A DNA stretch of 64,000 bases. Origin: Octopus vulgaris (lineage: Eukaryota). A program made the position numbers and the translations under genes. Under the pieces are notes generated by a model, which was not told the DNA's origin, ran no database searches, and saw only the letters and a program-made list of their open reading frames with translations. Positions 26,492 to 41,190 of this stretch are shown piece by piece. Position 1 is the stretch's first letter; every line of letters starts with the position of its first letter. The DNA lies in contig OX597815.1 in NCBI GenBank assembly GCA_951406725.2, positions 160,766,001-160,830,000 of the forward strand, given 5' to 3'.

Positions 26492-28959
26492 CATGAAAGA
26501 GTGAGATGTGTTTATTTGAATTCAGTCTTGTTCTGAAGTAACCTTATGGCTAAAAATATCTAGGTAAAAAGTATGGAAGTCTGAGAACAAATAATTGAAT
26601 TAGTTTTTAAATGAGTCTAGGCAGAATGTCTTATGCTTTCTATTCAGATTCTGAAAATCTAGAGATATCAAGAAATAATTTCTTGTGTGTGTATGCTGCA
26701 GAAGGATGCTAGATTTGACAATAGAATACAAGAAAAAAAATTGTTCACAAATCCTACTATAAAAGAAAGTAGTTTCGTATAAGAATATATACATTTAATA
26801 TTGCTGTAAAATTATTTTATTGATCCAGCTTCTCAGACTCCATTTTCTTATGTTGCTCTCAGGACAAGCAATTCCCTATTCAGCCTCTCTACTGAAAACT
26901 GTTCAATAACAAATTGAGACTAGTGATGATTTTCATTTTCCAACAAAATACTGAAAGATGAAAGAGAAAGTAAAGTGCCTTGATAGTTAATCTTGAAATT
27001 GCTACTGATAGAAGCATGAATTAATATTTGGGCTTTTCTTTAGTAGTCAATATGGATATGAAACTAACCAGAGCTTATCAAAACTGTTACTAGTGTGCCA
27101 TCTCTTCAAGATGATATCTATATAGAATTTATATTTTATTTTTCAACTATTTTTATTTTATTTTATTTTATTTTTAATCATAAATGACCTTTTTCTTCAT
27201 GGATACCACTTTACTTGTTATAATGATTCTTAACCTTTCTCAGATTTCACCATATTATCCCACTATCTGCAGACTTACATTAATCTTCTCAAAAGCTTAC
27301 CAGTTTCGAAAGCAATACTGTTATGGCATTTTATCGGAACAGTGATAAATGTCAGACTTCAAAAAGTAATTGTCCCAGTATACTGGATTGTCATCATCAC
27401 AATCATCATCATCATAGTTGTTATACCTTAGGTGATTTTCTTTTTTTTTTACACACCTTTGTTTTTACTGATACATTTGCATTTTGGTGTGTGAATGTAA
27501 AGAAGTGAGAAAGAGAAACTATGATGAAAACAAGTATATAACTCCTATAAACTATGGATGATGCAAAGGCAGAGAGACAGCACTTCTAAGTTACTTGTGT
27601 TGGTACAAATTACTGGAATAAAACATAGAAACATTTTTCATAAATCAAAAATTTTACATATTAGAATGACCATTTAAGACTATTTGAGTTTGGTAAATGC
27701 TTAAATATTGATTGTTCAAACTCTCCAAAATCTCCATATGAAGAGGTTGCATCAATCAAAGTAACTTAGTATAATCTAAGACACAAACAAATATCGACCA
27801 AGTTCTGAGCTGATACAAAATATTGGATATGTACTAAGTTTAGATCATTGTATCCTTTACAGTTGTTCTTTAACCCCAGGGCAGCTCTTATCAAGCAGAT
27901 GATCTTTGAGCATCACATTCCATCTTATTTTATTTTTAGATCTTGTATCCAAGAAGGCGTGATCCAGTGTGGCCTTGTTTTGGCTTTTTAAATTGGGATT
28001 TAAAGTAATTCATTGTTTTTTTTTTCTTGTTTTATAATTTAATGCTCACTCGTCCATGCTTGCATGGATCAGAGAGAATTTGTAGAAGTAGATTTTCTAT
28101 GGCTGGATATCCTTCTTGACCCCAACCCTCATCTGTTTTCAATCAAGACAGGATTTTCCCATAGCTAGACATGATTTTCATGGCAGACTAGATGCCAACA
28201 ACTTCACATTTATGATGATGTTCATTTACCACCATTATGTGATATCTTGACAAGGGTACACACACACACACACACATGATGGGCTTCTCTCACTTTCCAT
28301 TTCTCTAATCCATAGCAAAGCTTTAGTAGAAAATGCTTGTTTAACGTGTCACACAGTGGAATTGAACTCAAGACCACATGGTTGGGAAGTAAAGCTTCTT
28401 AACCAACCACACAGCCTTACCTGTGCTAGTTGATTGTTCAATCAAGTTGAGGTTTCTTCATCAGCTAGAAGCTTCCAAAGTTGTTTTTGTGGTGTCATTA
28501 CAAAAGTTAACGAACCAATCTTTTCTAATAAACATATTTACAATAATAGGTGTGCAATGTAATCCCTAACTTTCTTGGTCTGCCTATTTGAAGAATTTTA
28601 GTTAATCCACACTGAATAGCAAGGAACACCTGAATACATAAACTTCAGGTATCTTCATTCATCATGTTATCTCATCCTATTTATCTTTCAGGAACTCTTT
28701 GTTGTATCCATCATAGCAGATTTATTTCATTTTATATAGGATCTGCTATTTTCTTCTTTTATTTTTAGTTTTAATTTCTTTCTGTTTATAAGTTCTTTAG
28801 AAGTGAATGCGATATCTATGATGTTTGTAAGCCTTCCCAGATGGGTGAAACTGATGTCACACATGATGTGATCGACCAGACTTTCAGATGCTGTTACATA
28901 CCACAGGTCACAATATGCTTTGCATTTTTTAGCCAATGAATGATGCCACCCCCACTGGT

Positions 28960-29190
28960 TAGGTGAGTAGGCCACCCCTCTCCATGCCACCGATGTTATC
29001 CAAGAGAAAGGCAAAGAATGATGCAACTTGGCACCCATGATGTTGAAACTCATTTTTACAGCTGAGTGAACAGGAGCAACGTGAAATAAAATGTCTTGCT
29101 CAAAAACACAATATACAGCCTAGACCAGAAATCAAACTCACTACCTCATGATTGTGAGTCTGGTGCTCTAACCACTGACCCATGGACCTT
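28960..29190 (-). mobile_element. SINE family B
   Basis: gatgttatccaagagaaagg...aactcattttt acagctgagtgaa...ctctaaccactga; similar copy at 58790-59108. Confidence 0.7.
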
Positions 29191-30078
29191 CATGAAAGAT
29201 ATCTGTTGGGTTAGTGCCAGCAGGAGAAACTTGACTAAGAAGAGATTTACAAACAATTGCAGTTATAAATGACGGAAAGTCCAGCATTGATGAGGTGAAA
29301 GGAAACTGAAGGGTGTGCTATTTGGATCTAGCTTTATCAGTTATAAATAAACTGATTTTGTTTTGATTGTAGCTGTCTTATTTGTTGACCTCCCATATAT
29401 ATGTGTGTGTGTGTGTGTGTGCGCATGGGTTTGTATGCGTGTTTTGTGTTTTTGCTTCACCAATGCTTGACAACTTGCGTTGGTGTATTTATGTTCCTGT
29501 AACGGCATGAGTGACCAAAAGAATACGCTCCTGGCTTTAAAAAAAGTACTGGGTTAGATTCATTAGACTAAAACTTATTTAAGGTGGTGCCCCAGCATGG
29601 CCACAATCTACTGATTGAAACAAGTTTGAAGATAAAAGATAGAATGTGTACTCTTTGGTACTGAATAATCATATGAAATATATCAGAAAGCAATAAAAGA
29701 AACTTGTAAATTGACTAAATATTTCTTGTCTAAATCTGTCCGACTATGAGGAAAGCCTCAGAAAAAGTCTTCCGAATAGGCAAGTTTTTGATCTCTGCTG
29801 CACAGGACAGTAAAAACAACAGCACTTCAAGAGAAAAAAAAGTTGACAATGTGTCTGCTGCTTAACACAGATGAAAGACAAGCAGCAAAATATCTGCCTT
29901 CTTTCTCTTGTTTGGTCACTGCTCTTACTATGACTGAAAGCAAGCAGTAAACAATTTGCTTTCCTTTCCCTTTCTTTTTCTTGAACACTTCATACTAAGA
30001 AATGAAGGAATGCAAAATAAAAATAAATATCACTACGCTGAATCTAGTGAAAATTATTAGTAATCAATTATATATATA

Positions 30079-30492
30079 GGCGCAGGAGTGGCTGTGTGGT
30101 AAGTAGCTTGCTTACCAACCACATGGTTCTGGGTTCAGTCCCACTGCGTGGCATCTTGGGCGAGTGTCTTCTGCTATAGCCCCAGGCCGACCAATGCCTT
30201 GTGAGTGGATTTGGTAGACGGAAACTGAAAGAAGCCTGTCGTACATATGTATATATATATGTGTGTGTGTGTTTGTGTGTCTGTGTTTGTCCCCCTAGCA
30301 TTGCTTGACAACCGATGCTGGTGTGTTTACGTCCCCGTTACTTAGCGGTTCGGCAAAAAAGAGACCGATAGAATAAGTACTGGGCTTACAAAGGATAAGT
30401 CCCGGGGTCGATTTTCTCGACTAAAGGCGGTGCTCCAGCATGGCCGCAGTCAAATGACTGAAACAAGTAAAAGAGTAAAAGAGAGTAAAGAG
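30079..30492 (+). mobile_element. Full-length tRNA-derived SINE family A
   Basis: Near-identical to 18247-18672. Confidence 0.92.
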
Positions 30493-30497
30493 TATAT

Positions 30498-30571
30498 TAC
30501 ACTAAAATTATTTATCGTGGAAAGATAGCTAGACATGCAGTGCATGCATTGCATACATAGACCCTTCACAC

Positions 30572-30602
<31 letters not shown>

Positions 30603-30836
30603 TGCTAAAGAGATATTCATACACATCTTGAGCTAACAGTTTTTCTCCATTCAGTAATCTAAGCCTGAAAGAGACAGATTTCTGTTAGAGGCTCATGAAA
30701 TTTTAACTTTCAGAGCATCAAATCAAACTAATTTAGATAATATATATATATATATATTTCTGGGGTGAAGGGTCTATGTATGCAATGCATGCACTGCATG
30801 CCTAGCTATTTTTCCATGATAAATAATTTTAGTGTA
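30498..30836. repeat. Inverted repeat, ~78-bp arms (30498-30575 and 30759-30836)
   Basis: tacactaaaattatttatcgtgg...gacccttcacaccgga pairs with tctggggtgaagggtc...gataaataattttagtgta. Confidence 0.85.
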
Positions 30837-31254
30837 TATATATATATACATACATACATACATATATATAAAGTCACAACTGACAGAGAAATAGTTTGAT
30901 GAAATTTTATTTAACAATGAGAAAATTCTAATTACACAACAAATTGTTCTGTAACTTAAAAACATATAAATAATCTATATAGTATTATATTTAATAATAG
31001 ATAGGTTATTTACATGCCTGCATTAATGCAAAATGCAAAAATGTCCTTCAAAACAATGCAGTATTTAAGCTATGTCCTCAGGTGAAAGAAATCCTTGTAT
31101 GATATTATATATTCTATGTGTTTTATAGAATGATACATAAAGAAATTTTTTTATCAGTACTACCAGATTACCTGAATCCATATATTGTGACATATATACA
31201 TACATATATATATGTGTGTGTGTGTGTGTGTATGTTTGTGTATGTATTTATACA

Positions 31255-31293
<39 letters not shown>

Positions 31294-32419
31294 TCACACA
31301 CACACTTGGTAACCTCCATTTACACCCAGACCACTTAGTGCCTCTTCATCTATAGCAATATTAATAAGTTCTAGATAAAACATCTGATCTGGGCTGTTAT
31401 CATCTACATAAGCCCCCAAAACCTTTGAAGAGGGTACTCCTTGCATCACCATAGCCAAAAAAGTGTAAACAGTAAAAAAAAATTACAAAAAAAAAAACCC
31501 TGCAAAGTAATTAATTATAATTATAAAATGATTTTAAAGAAATAACCCCACCACCAAAACAGTAAAATATACAAAACAAACTAATAATAAAACAGGTTAG
31601 TTCCTTCCACCATCATGGTCACTACCACCACCACCACTAGTATCATCATCTGTTATCCCAACAGTAATTTCAATAACTTTGATGGTGCTGCTTTCATTTA
31701 GATATGAATACTAGTGCAGGTTTGTCTATTATTGCTCTAATCTGTGCATTAAAATTTGAAAAAAAAAATAAAGGCTACATGCTTGGAGAAATAGACTATG
31801 AGTCAACTAGTTCTTAAGTAGGCTACACTTCAATGAATGTGAATTATTGGATAAAATATACAAATAGCTTCACTGCCCGTCCGACATAGCACCAGCCAAT
31901 AGACACTATCAGCTGAAAATGAAAAGCCAATTTGCCCAGACCAACTGTTTCAATATACAACCAACCGGCTAGCTCAACCAATCTACTGTCACCCAATACT
32001 CTAAATGAATGCTGCAATCAATATTTTATCAGCCAACTTCACTGATGGCAGAGGAAACATATCTACACAGCTACACAAACACACACACACACACATATTT
32101 ATAGATATATATATATGGAAACACTTGCAAACACACACACACACAATGTTCATTCACACATTTACATTCACTCTCTCTGACAAACAAAAGACTAAAGGAA
32201 AATGAATACACATGCATACACAAACATCCATCATTTACATATCAAACTATATAACCAAATATAGAAACTCATAATATACTCAGAAATACTTAGACCCACA
32301 CTGATATCAATAATAATGTGAATAAATGCAAACACATGCTTGCACACTAATATGTAGAGACGTTAAATGATGATGATGATGAGGATGATAATATTATATA
32401 TATGTGTGGGAATATGTAT

Positions 32420-32482
<63 letters not shown>

Positions 32483-32746
32483 ATGGTCCAATCCATGCCA
32501 GCATGGAAAATGGATGTTAAATAATGATGATAATGATATGTGTGATATATATATCAGAAAGATTGTAGCACGTGAAACTCAAATAGCAATCAGATCTCCA
32601 GTTTAAATATGTGTTTATGTGTGTGTGTGTGTATCAATTTACTATATATATACTTACGCAAATACAGAGTTCTACAATGATGTATAGATACAGGAAAACA
32701 TATGTCCAGTTAATCACACACATTTACACTCTTATATATATATATT

Positions 32747-32784
<38 letters not shown>

Positions 32785-33047
32785 AATATATTTGTCTGTA
32801 GTATTGAGTGGAACACATGTACATATATGGAAAACTACAACTGCACGCAAGTTTATTAATAGTCTTCAAAACCACATGATCAATACATAGTACTAGTAGC
32901 CACCATGTGACTAATGCAACTAGTGCATACAACAGCGGGCACCTCCAGCTGCTTGTTGGACACACAGTCACACATAGGCTAACCAGCTCATGCATATATG
33001 CATACAGTAACTCAATAACGAATATGTAAATAATTTGATATATAAAG

Positions 33048-33106
<59 letters not shown>

Positions 33107-33348
33107 TGCACACACACACATATACAGGAACTAATTTATACATGCACAGCAATTTTTTGCAAGTATTTATTCACATATTATACAGAAATACTTCTTAGTT
33201 ATTTAAATACATAGGTGCCAGAATGGCTGTGTAGTAAGAAAGGTCAATCAAAACCTGGTGAGTGGATTTGGTAGATGGAAATTGAAAGAAGCCTTTTTTG
33301 TGCACACACACACACACACACATGCACTCACACACACACCTATATGTA

Positions 33349-33566
33349 TGAGGAGGGTGCTGAAGAGTTTCTGCTTTAAGGGTATCATGAAAGGTCTGGC
33401 TGGAGGCCCAAACTTTGGAGATTTTTTTATAGGGCTTAGAAAAACTGAAGGACCACTGCAATAAATGTGTGAATCTGAGAGGGAAATATGTTGCATAAAA
33501 TCATAATTAACTGATCCCTCCTGTATTTTCTTTTACCCAAATCCAGGAATTTTTCAGCACCCCATT
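33349..33566 (+). mobile_element. mariner-derived MITE (same family as 11506)
   Basis: gggtgctgaagagtttctg ... ccaggaatttttcagcaccc TIRs and the same internal sequence. Confidence 0.85.
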
Positions 33567-33837
33567 GTGTGTGTGTGTGTCTGTCTGTCTGTCTGTCTGT
33601 AATTATATATATGCATGTGTTTATGTGTGTAACTGCCTCCTTGCTTTGACTTTGTGTAGTAGCTGTAAATGAATGTCCCTGTCATATTAGTGGTGTCCTT
33701 CATTTCCAAACTTCCATGAAAACTGACCAAATTCTTTTGAGCAGATTTGGTAGGCATAATTTGAAGAACATAACCAGATACTAGAATATATATTGGTCTG
33801 GTATTCTATCAATTCTGCCAAACAGGAACCTCTATAT

Positions 33838-34094
33838 CAGCGTCTCTCAACTATTTTTTATGTATCATCTCCTTTGATTCCTGTTTTACTCAGTTGAACC
33901 CTCATACATATTCAGTGTTTTTAAAAAAAATTATTATATTGTTATAATCCAATATCATTAGGAATTATATGAAAAATTTGTTAAAATATTTTGTGTACAT
34001 TTGAAATAAATCAAATTTATTGTACATAAATTTCGATAAACTAAATCTTATGTACACCATGAAAGGCCATACGGACCCCATTTCAGAACCATTG
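33838..34094. mobile_element. hAT-type MITE
   Basis: cagcgtctctcaac ... tttcagaaccattg with 8-bp TSD ctctatat/ctctaaat. Confidence 0.65.
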
Positions 34095-34910
34095 CTCTAA
34101 ATAGTCATTTAATCTGCTAGAAATAAGAACCTGTTCTCTTTCAAATCATACCCTATTGTCTTAAAAGAAAATGATATGTTGAAAGGTGGCAAGCTGGCAG
34201 AAACGTTAGCATGCCGGGTGAAATGCTTTGCAGTATTTCGTCTGCCATTACATTCTGTTCAAATTCCACTGAGGTCAACTTTGCCTTTCATCCTTTCAAG
34301 GTCGATAAATTAAGTACCAGTTATGCACTTGTTTGTCCCCTGTATGTTTAGCCCCTTGTGGCAATAAAGAAATAAGAAACTGATATGTTGAATCTGGTCC
34401 TGGTTTCCCTGTTCATAGCAAGATGGCTTTATGCCTTTGATTGTTGTTCTGCACGATCAAGGGTAACTAAGAATTATACAACAACAGATACTACTTTATA
34501 TAAATTTTTTTAAAAATTCAAAATGCAAATGTTCGTGCCAGAAAAAAATTTCCTATGTAAATTATTGCAATAATGTTATACTTGCTTGTTTTTGGCATGT
34601 ATTTATACTCCATTATATGTAAATATTTTGATATACATACATGCATAACCCTCCTTTCTCTCTCTTTCTCTGTCTTTCTTTCTCTCCGATAGACTGTTAC
34701 AACCCTCTGAGACAGGAGACTTGGAAGGTTTACAAATGATTGTAGTAAATGTTTAGTTTCAATTAGTAAGTAAATATTTTGTAGAAAGATGTTGGCAAAG
34801 AAAGAACTCTGAAATAATCAGATCAGACAAAAGAAAGACTGATTTCTGATATTGGCACAAAGTGACACTCAATTGTAGCTGGAAGTTGAATCAATCCCAG
34901 TATACCACTG

Positions 34911-34956
<46 letters not shown>

Positions 34957-35078
34957 AAAAAAGATTAGAGATCTATACAAATCAAAGTTTTATTTATAAA
35001 ATAGCACAGAAGCAAATCTAAGACATTTCAAATTAAGAAGGAATCTGATAAAATGATTTTGAAAATTATATAATGAAA

Positions 35079-35119
35079 ATATTACCGGCTTCGAGGATGA
35101 ATCCTATCTTATCAAATAT
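35079..35119 (-). ncRNA. Variant minimal hammerhead (U3:A8 core, GAAG) in a TA-flanked insert 34953-35325
   Basis: Minus strand: atat-TTGATAA-gataggattcatcctc-GAAG-ccgg-TA^atat. Confidence 0.55.
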
Positions 35120-35707
35120 CAGTAAAAATTTATAAAAATTTGAACTAAAAACCGTTTATCTTCTGTCCGGGGGTCAAAAACATGTCTGGAGGTTTTTCGT
35201 TGAAGTTTTCTTTAAATATAGTTTGGTATAGAATTCAAAGTGTTAGAGAGTAAGAGTTATCTATTGTCTAAAAGAAATCTTTGTGGGTTCCTGCCAAGGG
35301 AGTGTGCTATTTCCACTTCTATCTTATATATATATATATATATACACACACTCATACATCATCATCATCATCATTTAGCGTCTGTTTTCCATGGTAGCAT
35401 GGGTTGGACGGTTCAACTGGGGTCTGTGAAACCGGAAGGCTTCATCAGGCCCAGTCAGATCTGGCAGTGTTTCTACGGCTGGATGCCCTTCCTAACGCCA
35501 ACTATATACATATATACATTTATTTATTTATATGCATATATGTAGTAGCAAGTATGACTGTGTGACAAGAAGTTTGGTTTCCAATCGCATAGTTCATGGT
35601 TCTGTCCTACTGTGTAGCACCTTGGGCAAATGTCTTCAACTATAACCCCAGGCCAACCAAAGCCTTATAAGTCTATTTAGTTTATGGAAACTGAAAGATG
35701 CTCGTTG

Positions 35708-35744
<37 letters not shown>

Positions 35745-35753
35745 TTTTTATTA

Positions 35754-35790
<37 letters not shown>

Positions 35791-36270
35791 ATGTGTGTTT
35801 GCCTCCCACCACCACTTGACAACTGGTGTTGGTGTGTTTACATCACTGTAACATTGTGGTTCAGCAAACGAGACTGATAGAAAAGTGCTAATACTGGGGT
35901 TGATTCATCTGACTAAAAATTCTTCAAGCTGGTGCCTCAGCATGGCTGCAGTCTAATGATTGAAGGAAGTAAAAGCTGCGTGTGTGTGTGTGTGTGTGTG
36001 TGGTGTGCATGCATGCATGCATGCGTGTGTGCATGCATGCATGCGTGGCTGTATAGTAAGATGTTTTCTTCCCAACTACTGGCTCTTGGATTCAGTCCAG
36101 TTATCACCCTTCTTGTAAAAAAAATATTGAGTATTCTACTAGAAAGTATTGAGTGATTCTTCTGTTTCATGTCAAGTTGATTTTATATATTATTTGACAC
36201 AAAGACAAACATTAATCTATATATGTGTGAGTGAGTGTGAATGTTTATATGTGTGTGTGTGTGTTATGCT

Positions 36271-36332
<62 letters not shown>

Positions 36333-36460
36333 AGGAGAAATGGAGGAAAAATAACAGGAAGAAGTTGGTCGTTTGCGCTAGTAAGCCATTAATTTAATTA
36401 ATTAAGAAAAGTGGTAGTTAAACCTACATGACTTATATATATATAATACATACATACATA

Positions 36461-36659
36461 CAAGTTGTCCATAAATTGTCTTTAGGTAGAAACCGGGTAT
36501 CATTAAGATGTGTTGCATGCAACCAATGGAGCCCACGTGGAAGTGTTCAGATATTTCTAATAAAACTTTCTATTTTCAATAAACTCTGCTTAGTTATCCT
36601 TACTGTTCATTATTTTCTGAATTTTTTTCAAATCGTAAAGATAATTTATGGACATCCTG
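36461..36659. mobile_element. Tc1/mariner-type MITE
   Basis: 24-bp TIRs caagttgtccataaattgtcttta / taaagataatttatggacatcctg; TA on the left flank. Confidence 0.8.
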
Positions 36660-38820
36660 TGTATGTATACACACACGTAAACAAATATGCATATATATAT
36701 AAACAATTATGAACTATGTATATATAAATATGTATATTTTTATATTTTGGGATGGTCGTCTTTTTTCATGCCAAATAAACACACTCTATTTGGCAAAAAA
36801 AAAAAACTGTCTAAAATACAACAGCTGTTTCAACACACAATTTCACACCAGGAATCTTGCAAAACAAATCCATAAACGGATATATATATATATATATATA
36901 TAACATATATATACATAAACATACGAACACATACTGATATATATTGATGTTTGTCTGTCCGTCTGTCCATCCACCCCGACATCTTACAATAGTAGTAAGT
37001 GTTACTGTCATACAGTTAGTATCATTCATTTCCACTAACGTATATTAATATTTCTGGTCACAGAGAAATATTATTTTGTTTGGAAACAGGTGAGGGTTGG
37101 TGACAGGATGAGCATCCAACCATAGAAAATCTACGACTGTGAATTCTGTCTGACCTATGTAAGAATAGCATAGTGAAAATTGATAAGGACATGATGGTTA
37201 TGATAAAATAATGTCTAAATGAACAGACCTTTTATCTACTGTATTAGTCTAGATGTTGCATATTTTAAAGTTGTTTGCTTACAAAATATTCCATTCAGCC
37301 ATCTTCATTGTTCTCTTGTTCCTTTGAAGGTCATGGGACCAATATCAGACATATATTTTTAAGGTTTTGTCTATAGCAACCATCAAGAAATGATTTGGCC
37401 AACACAGGTTATTCGTATTATCTAACCATTTCATTCATTGACTTCCTCTGGGTCTTCTACTAGATAGCCTTGCCTGTGAAATTTGTCCTCTGATATTCTC
37501 CTCAGATCAAACCACATACCCAAACTACAAGACTAATAATGATAATAATAATAATAATAATGATGATGATAATAATAACTAAAGTATATCAGGTAAAAAG
37601 AAAACACTTAATATATTGCAAAGCTTATTTCCGATTAGGTTATGGCTCTTGTAATGGTGAATTCCGCATTGCTTTTATTACAAAGGAATAAGCTGGTGTT
37701 TAATGTTTCAGAAATTTTACTTCCATTCTTCTTAGAGGAAATCTATTGTTTTGTTGAATTAGATTCCTGTAGGCATTTTCACTTGAGTGAACTGATTTTG
37801 CTTAGTTCAACAGTCAACGTTAACCCATAGCTTCTGCGTCTTTATACATCAATCTCTTTGTTTGCTGAAAGCTGAAAATGGTGCTTAGCAGGTGTCCAGG
37901 AAGAAAGAAGACTTTTTCAAAATGCCTTCTGAAATTTTATTTTCCTGTCATGGGTCAACCACTTTAGATGATATCTACAATTGATGTGATTTCTAAGTCC
38001 TAAACATTTGTTTCAGTTAAAGAATTTCTATAGAAATATATAGCAGTGGATATTCTGTATAATACAGGGTACTTCTAAATTCTATTATTGAAAAGACATT
38101 GAGTTAAATAAAATTATAATAGTACTGTATATCAGTGGCAACTGAAATTCTAACAAAGTGAATTTCTCTTGTTGGCCAACTCATTTTCCATTCATAGCTT
38201 AACTCTTTAAGTCTTTCTGATAACCACAAACTATAGAAACATCATGTAAGATTCATATATGTTCTTTACTTCACCTTGATAAAAACACAGTTCTCAGTGA
38301 AAAGTATATAGTGTCTTTAACCATTTATATACCTTAACCATTTAGCATTCAGATTACTCTGTCAAATGTAATGCTTATTTATTCACATAATTTTTAATTA
38401 ATCATGCAATATTCTGCAGCTTTGCGAATTCAATGATATGATTGCTTATTTTTAGAGATCAGCCTTCAGTACTTTGTCCCATCACATCAATACACTTAGG
38501 TTAAGAGCCATGAATCACTCAGAATAGTATTTTTGCTAGAGATTCTAGAAATAGCAATTGTATTTCTCTCAAATCACATTCTACCATGCTAAAAGGACGA
38601 TGTTTGTACACCAGCAGGAAAAAAAGAAAAAAAAAGTAAGATGACATAGATGCAGGCATGGCTATATGGTAAGAAGTTTGATTCCCCACCCCATGGTTCT
38701 AGGTTCAGTGCCAGGGCATAGCACCATAGGCAAGTGTCTTCTACTATAGCCCCAGATCAACCAAAGCCTTGTGAAAGGATTTGGGGGATAGAAACTGAAA
38801 GAAGACTATCATGTATGTAC

Positions 38821-38865
<45 letters not shown>

Positions 38866-39025
38866 GGTGCAGGATTGGGGGTGTGGTAAGAAGTTTGCTT
38901 CCCAACCACATGGTTCTGGGTTCAGTTCCACTGTGTGGCACCTTAGTCAAGTGTCTTCTACTATAGCTACAAGCCAACCAAAGCCTTGTGAGTAGATACG
39001 ATTGACAGAAACTGAAAGAAGACAT
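38866..39025 (+). mobile_element. SINE family A, 5' half (3' half at 42410-42620)
   Basis: Head through gaaactgaaagaag, followed by the TA/TG microsatellite. Confidence 0.8.
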
Positions 39026-39066
39026 GTATGTGTGTGTGTATATAAATATATATATATGTGTGTGTG

Positions 39067-39106
<40 letters not shown>

Positions 39107-39108
<2 letters not shown>

Positions 39109-40313
39109 AGGTGTATTAGATATTTGAGGACAGATTTATGTTCATAAAACACCAGATAACAAATAATAACTTTATTTATCAAAAAATGCTATGAGGATAA
39201 AAATAAACCTTCTTTTCTTTAATGAAGCAGCTTCAACAACAGCTTTCATATGAGATCTAAATCATCTACACGCTCAAATCAAGTGGTCCTGGTTCATTTT
39301 GAACATTACACTGTCTATGGCAGGTTTCAAAGAATCTTTGGTGTTATGGGCATAGCCATTGACATCTCTCTCAACAGCACTCTACATGTAATAGTCTAAT
39401 GGATTGAGATCTGGGGAATTAAGAGACCAAATGTTAGGGGCTAGATGATCATGAAAATTTTCAGCCATCCATTCCATGTGTGATAGTGCAGAGTCTTACT
39501 GAAACACATATGACCTTCCATTGCATACACTGTCTGTTCAGGGCTTAACAATTATTTCCAAGGCCTCAATGCAGGTGACAGAGTTAACTCTAAGGCCTTG
39601 TGGAAAGAAGTAAGGAAGTATCACATGTCCTTCATTGCTGAAACTATGATAGTAGCTGGAAATTTTGTATGCATAACACTTGGAATTTCAGAAGGGTTTG
39701 CACATAACTACATGTCATTTCTTCTGTTAACTTTCTGATCATGGTCGAAGTTTTTCTTATTTGAGAAAAACCAAATCAAATCTTCTGATTTTTCAGTTTG
39801 TTTAAGAGCCTTTTAGATCTGATGTAGTGATTTTCTTTTACTTTTTCTAACAAATTGACCTTTCCTCATCATATAAGACTTATATCTGATGTCTTCGTGG
39901 ACAACATTTCTGACTGTTCCTTCTGATACATGGATATCTTCAGCAATTGACTTCATGGACTTTCTGGGATTGTAATCAATGGTTTGTTGAACTTGTTGGA
40001 TAAATTCAGGTGTTCTGATGATTTCAGAGCATTTAGAATGCTTTTATACTTTGATATTGGTGATATGTTTCCATCTTCAGTCTCCAGCTCCTTACAAACT
40101 CTGTAGATGAAAGGTCTGGCAAATTTTAAAAATCAAGGTATTTCTAAACAGCTATGCTCAGCCTTTATAATCACAATAATAGCATGTCTCTTCATTTCTT
40201 GAGTAAGCTGAGGGTTTGCCATTATTAATTTCTGAAGCAAAGATTATACAGAGTTAGTAAAACATGCAGCAATGTCCCCAAAAAGGTAATTCTCAAATAC
40301 CTTACACACCTTG
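39107..40313 (-). mobile_element. Full-length decayed Tc1/mariner transposon (maT/DD37D-like)
   Basis: TA-flanked TIRs caaggtgtattagatatttgag / ctcaaataccttacacaccttg; minus-strand pseudo-ORF from ATG at 40222: MANPQLTQEMKRHAII..., WFFSNKKNFDHDQKVNRRND, YVFQ*DSA, SPDLNPLDYY; stops and frameshifts. Confidence 0.9.
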
Positions 40314-40487
40314 TATCATCATCATCATCATCATCATTTAACGTCCGCTTTCCATGCTAGCATGGGTTGGACGGTTCAACTGGGGTCTGGGGAGCCCGAA
40401 GGCTGTACCAGGCCAGTCAGATCTGGCAGTGTTTCTACAGCTGGATGCCCTTCCTAACGCCAACCACTCCGAGAGTGTAGTGGGTGA

Positions 40488-41190
40488 TTTTATGTGCCAC
40501 CGACACAGGTGCCAGACGAGGCTGGCGAACGACCATGCTCGGATGGTGTTTTTATGTGCCACCGACACAGGTGCCAGACGAAGCTGGTGAACGGCCACGC
40601 TCGGATGGTATTTTTATGTGCCACCGACACAGGTGCCAGACAAGGCTGGCAGACGACCACGCTCGGATGGTGTTTTTATGTGCCACCGACACAGGTGCCA
40701 GACGAGGCTGGCGAACGGCCACGCTCGGATGGTGTTTTTATGTGCCACCGACACAGGTGCCAGACAAGGCTAGCAGACGACCACGCTCGGATGGTGTTTT
40801 TTTTTTTTATGTGCCACCGACACAGGTGCCAGACAAGGCTGGCAGATGACCACGCTCGGATGGTGTTTTTATGTGCCACCGACACAGGTGCCAGACGAGG
40901 CTGGTGAACGGCCACGCTCGGATGGTGTTTTTATGTGCCACCGACACAGGTGCCAGACAAGGCTAGCAGACGACCACGCTCGGATGGTGTTTTTTATTTT
41001 TATGTGCCACCGACACAGGTGCCAGACAAGGCTGGCGAACGGCCACGCTCGGATGGTGTTTTTATGTGCCACCGACACAGGTGCCAGACAAGGCTAGCAG
41101 ACGACCATGCTCAGATGGTGTTTTTTATGTGCCACCGACACAGGAGCCAGATTAGGCTGGCGATCGGCCACGATTGGATGGTGATTGTAA
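40488..41190. repeat. 62-bp tandem array (11 units) in the RTE 3' UTR
   Basis: tatgtgccaccgacacaggtgccagac... recurs at about 40491, 40553, 40615, 40677, 40739, 40808, 40870, 40932, 41001, 41063 and 41126. Confidence 0.95.

Noticed and set aside
40488-41190. CRISPR-like regular array
   Set aside because: There are no unique spacers and whole 62-bp units repeat. It lies in a LINE 3' UTR in eukaryotic DNA with no cas genes.
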